Below, piece by piece: positions 38,101 through 38,639 of a DNA stretch of 38,639 bases (the first letter of the stretch is position 1; each line of letters starts with the position of its first letter). The notes under the pieces are model-generated. The model did no database searches. It was not told the origin of the DNA and saw only the letters and a program-made list of their open reading frames with translations. The position numbers were made by a program, and so were the translations under genes. The stretch comes from Candidatus Onthoplasma sp. (GTDB lineage Bacteria > Bacillota > Clostridia > Christensenellales > UBA1242), in assembly GCA_045637745.1 (NCBI GenBank), contig JAZUAB010000009.1, positions 1-38,639 of the forward strand. Reading direction: 5' to 3'.

Positions 38101-38636
38101 TCCAGTGTTGTCCCAGTCCAGCCTGTCAATTCCTCTAATTCAATTACTCCTGCAATGCCAGTCTCAGTTCCAGTAGGGCGGTCATTCCACTCAATAACAT
38201 TTGTTGCAACCTTGCTTGAATCGCTTTCGGATGTGTGATAATAGCCACCAAACGTAACCATAACGCCTTGTTTAATTGGCACATCTTTGTCTTCAGCGTC
38301 TTTAGCATTTATATTGATGGTGTCGTCCAATTTTGTAAATTTGCCATCTTTAACAACCGACTTATTAGAATAACTTCCGGTTGCGTCAGGGTACAATCCA
38401 AAATCGCCAAAATATCTAACCCCCTCATTGGTTGCTATTGGCTTAAAATTATAGCCCCCACTATATGTAAGGTTTTTGCTCCTATTGGCATTATCCTTGG
38501 CAAAATAAACCTTCTCAACTGAAAAGATTAGATTTTTGCCATCGTTTCCGCCTTCAAACTCCATACTATAGCCTGGAATTTCACTGGCTTGCGCATAAGC
38601 AATATTTCTGATCGTGTCGCCCACACCAAAAACCAC
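29190..38636 (-). CDS. Giant surface protein (more than 3148 aa; N-terminus lies outside the window) with a C-terminal transmembrane anchor and ELTGWTD acidic repeats
   Basis: An uninterrupted 9.4-kb ORF running off the window. The C-terminus VAIILIVIIVLIVVGLIGTVIWLRTRMKVR is a tail anchor. The body is Thr/Asn/Tyr-rich and beta-type in composition. Confidence 0.85.
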   Translation of the reverse strand: MVFGVGDTIRNIAYAQASEIPGYSMEFEGGNDGKNLIFSVEKVYFAKDNANRSKNLTYSGGYNFKPIATNEGVRYFGDFGLYPDATGSYSNKSVVKDGKFTKLDDTININAKDAEDKDVPIKQGVMVTFGGYYHTSESDSSKVATNVIEWNDRPTGTETGIAGVIELEELTGWTGTTLEGLPGWTDTKNKGIVDVSELTGWTDKGAIRWDDKNKDYKITTDELSGWSGDLNDLPGCTDAGSKDNEVDITELNANWVHENVIEWTDRTDAGTQGEVEAGELFGWTGTLNNLPGWTPSLKWTDTNNDDIVDATELTGWTDTDEDGQIDEGELTGWTDRTDAGTEGVVEAVELTGWIDTNADGKVDTNDTTINSTELTGWIDTNSNDIKDYYSDGAYYSDGKYYLNVGAEMQYVSVKVTRDGTVLTDIPSSRTYNNQYQDFTWFIDGAEGHYEISISYMVDGKALKAEFDFYLLLESSYSDTVEVNDNQYTSKPTFENATVKSTSIATNRQYYFNYGDNYNYPTLTYDYTRYKISYTHISGDLHKNVDIVYDDASREIVVTTTIYDEGTSKYYRVDDFTKPENEDEKDNKILSLMFADNGQYTFDIKYIYTKDATNLIIDKQDLAFGNMSLDIYGYQLKYSKAGFISADMVDLKIVQNGTMFILLNGFTSSAKERDGDALGIHYELVAGTEKTGKVVNTSEAGSISDFTATLPSESEYSKTDRGLWLTLNDEYDLDNSEYYYYSGAYTSETILTDFEEINFTKVTTFTAPGYYLVKACYEYKLDSAAATANDKGAQYFAFQITSATPQLELYKTEGNNANGDRTNFYAREFTNQNVYATWEDRGVFESQITGKLYYTTNKAYPQEETYLSVINGGASTNIRHREYTKETIITDSDSYMIVLEVEKSATRTYSYFTIDKDAISGLEVYQVTTSILDNKAIYTIGRDAQMKYIKHTDKGTINTNFTIGWSDKASRAQISATYVYTPFVKTDNEIKKPEETTGDVTYTYITNRYVAGTSSKAISIDRPATLSGALLSDNVLTNQGIYEFELKDQAGNILRYIMVIDRTDAIVSATYGDYITWNDINKDDIVSVDELIGWKDADEDGEIDSDELTSWTDTNNDDNVNINELTGWTDTDGDGKIDSFMTSEIVYNNGEKVAAPVHTEWGTHKAIDLSSITKSADTESPDPIIYSILTKDDDSITEYYKDYYQVSGNNWNNILSLFITVSDTQLYAVQHEYVELKEMADENYYRITKYGEKQTRYYGGIASGWQADSVADRLFTNYTNSNLTILVDKTGARRYTVSVVGGNQVDNNTNINFNIVITPDKALGTIYSSSATNTSEYNNEVYPADRVSNAKVDGSELSTGELGDTLSIDVCDIAQASDDGKFVFEWIKPNTEDNFEVISVVYHYYKLMSGNELEGVTDKLTEPYYPYKYITTNEILTKNGDTIEVKDYSEATRDGGTIYRSNPINLGFETYYEGESLVSRSVTQTGLYIITRTLRTGNNADSDENFSYAFFVDRNAIVGYSLSNVSEKIVGQFIHASMPTSDAEVHYDNFTKQGLSPKTLIVDPTDLSKNMQYKVYVETNKMPTSIKVPTGKYVTGKYTETSSQIIATSYNTLKLQLSIYFKDTYKILPQSVINDGESTMTLMDKREYKADEYIDLDFKTDDEGMKGLLAEYMNARTHSNDNALSLPGEYIFVINDLVGTEHNDANNITDYNTFTFGIKLTKQEPNIDVYAYAKNEDKNLTSTPTYATGKELYTNQEYVDFELNLEDLSSYNAQVDQKNFSIYRSNIDGTDNKLWFELKNGIVNSSLPWNNDSIIDRTNPDKWIIKLPTDIETDATSGQIIGYKEYIYTINVQYILNNTASQYYNYKYATQNGANEDVSLVSTDFYKSVYTVYVDRTPDDQNLNAILSNQNAYFEDYHKWLSGASENEDININANFAYRNTNSIGDYYGLTNNLYYQFVNNSQFDNASQAMYAIAIDDTTEFKHEDLYAIYYRELDFNNDIDAKQRMGLIPISDRYFGNSTGFYTFNEVLTEYRMNRFTGSEKDKYAGLIIAGSNQQYQNIEGKYYEIVEKDKAGNLTQYVVYFTPSTPTSPSLTITGKLIGNDEKTDETMNFTPVLTSDNQKAFIEIDDNGITVNGLASSGKQYYGNINIYNASSSASDIKKIYINSKSKPEDIAEEILEIVKNQGNYRLEFVDVYGKTYLLAINTYNSEDYRLKTDLSWKKGEFGQKYILLSEVNNKIDTNTWWYVKKVEVKYKATNGDEHTLSYNASFDNGLTTLTVPEGQNYDNITEVKLRSETASDRLDLADNIQYLITLTDIANNDYKLRISTTEGYYHYQYIDLPDNVYQPTGVLYTATDIKISYNIDFYTADVLLDSGPATEGTHYGYEEKGKYAYITLYADTPLNPEDEGSCRNFDVEIKLLDESDATHTYKVVIDTTSTLFRIENTNYEDKISMIKSTFNNTEEYNTIDLRDGKYYKDLIAETVNISWTKSTSDYFIYTYDLYEFRNQNDPPKQLLKGGEESYPLAPNPDNTGKYVFVVTIKDKADEWIASRVYGIAMSTTISGLYEVRDANDNICDPATLTNLDEVIETFGESNLLRQCESLGFDNESHMKTAINSFGKQTAIKMYIAKNKIIDVNDSNYAQALILHSNEDNGVKADYCELMTGTAIIRLYHVHRSNYRTFVVTMEVRETDASTSILSQLLFMTGSEQADQHNLLSSGTSKSIYDADAEYYKLKFSSYNKNHYNTNPLEQHNRIIIDIYYNNDEKSSSRIVGNANNDLSEINFKNSGSYTLKIQDYAGNVQYFKTSTSTLDRFTIVLMKKNDILYTVKVGDDDSSIGSAPIQYAYYDKPVTLQINDYNEITGLNNYVPSSIEINVNLNGTPNYKGYEHPTNSLRYIFKDYGTYVVNITADLLSTGEEVSTQLIFTILNPNEARNALDFTSIYGYEIVSVFSVLKTTEIDVTSKFVGMLQDKANVGGVDVYNKLVTYDRLVETFGTATQGKMKFKMLYRVNDDPLLPTREVEFSFTLNNAKPTITTSIKPGEKTTKPVVLKFNAENVYDQVGECILVVNGQEIMRIDHTTTGLVEREITGVGEYYVQLVGDSGNVLTSLNFTIKEPLNTVAIILIVIIVLIVVGLIGTVIWLRTRMKVR
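35226..35411 (-). repeat. Intragenic repeat cluster 2 of the same motif
   Basis: WNDINKDDIVSVDELIGWKDADEDGEIDSDELTSWTDTNNDDNVNINELTGWTDTDGDGKID. Confidence 0.8.
37482..38198 (-). repeat. Intragenic repeat cluster 1: about 12 copies of E-L-(T/S)-G-W-(T/I)-D with D-x-D-x-D-G-type acidic spacers
   Basis: Examples are ELTGWTDTDEDGQIDEGELTGWTDRTDAGTEG and ELTGWIDTNADGKVD. The DNA motif GTCCAGCC(T/G)GT(C/T)AATTC recurs on the plus strand. Confidence 0.8.
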
Positions 38637-38639
38637 ACC

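Overview
AT-rich DNA in the standard genetic code (Trp is TGG and long ORFs are not interrupted by TGA), with AGGAGG-type ribosome-binding sites. This suggests a low-GC Gram-positive or wall-less Mollicutes-related genome. The window has three parts.

(1) 1-11838 is an accessory integrative island ending 2 nt from the 3' end of a tRNA-Arg(CCU) gene at 11839-11915 (-). It carries:
- a small serine recombinase beside a 17-bp inverted-repeat-flanked promoter segment (candidate inverton);
- a translationally coupled pair: an N6-adenine methyltransferase plus a 1123-aa T5orf172-like/SF2 helicase with a degenerate methyltransferase-like tail (restriction-modification-like defence candidate);
- an ~860-bp array of about 16 hairpin units whose stems covary, not explained by any ORF;
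- a winged-helix replication-initiator-like gene followed by AATCAAAA iterons;
- an Xis-like gene and a tyrosine integrase;
- a ClpP-fold (SDH-type) serine protease with a 64-aa partner ORF.
The left island boundary was not found.

(2) 12.4-27 kb holds ordinary-looking chromosomal genes: DegV, TspO, TetR, a secreted GLUG-type protein with a SipW-type signal peptide, a GT2-TPR glycosyltransferase, a GGGtGRT/NifU-like pair, a fused MacB-like ABC transporter, a nucleoside hydrolase and some hypotheticals.

(3) 27-38.6 kb holds a lone VirD4/TraG-type coupling ATPase directly downstream of a surface protein of more than 3148 aa. That protein is C-terminally membrane-anchored, truncated by the window edge, and carries ELTGWTD acidic repeats.

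All functional calls come from motif recognition by eye. No database search was run.
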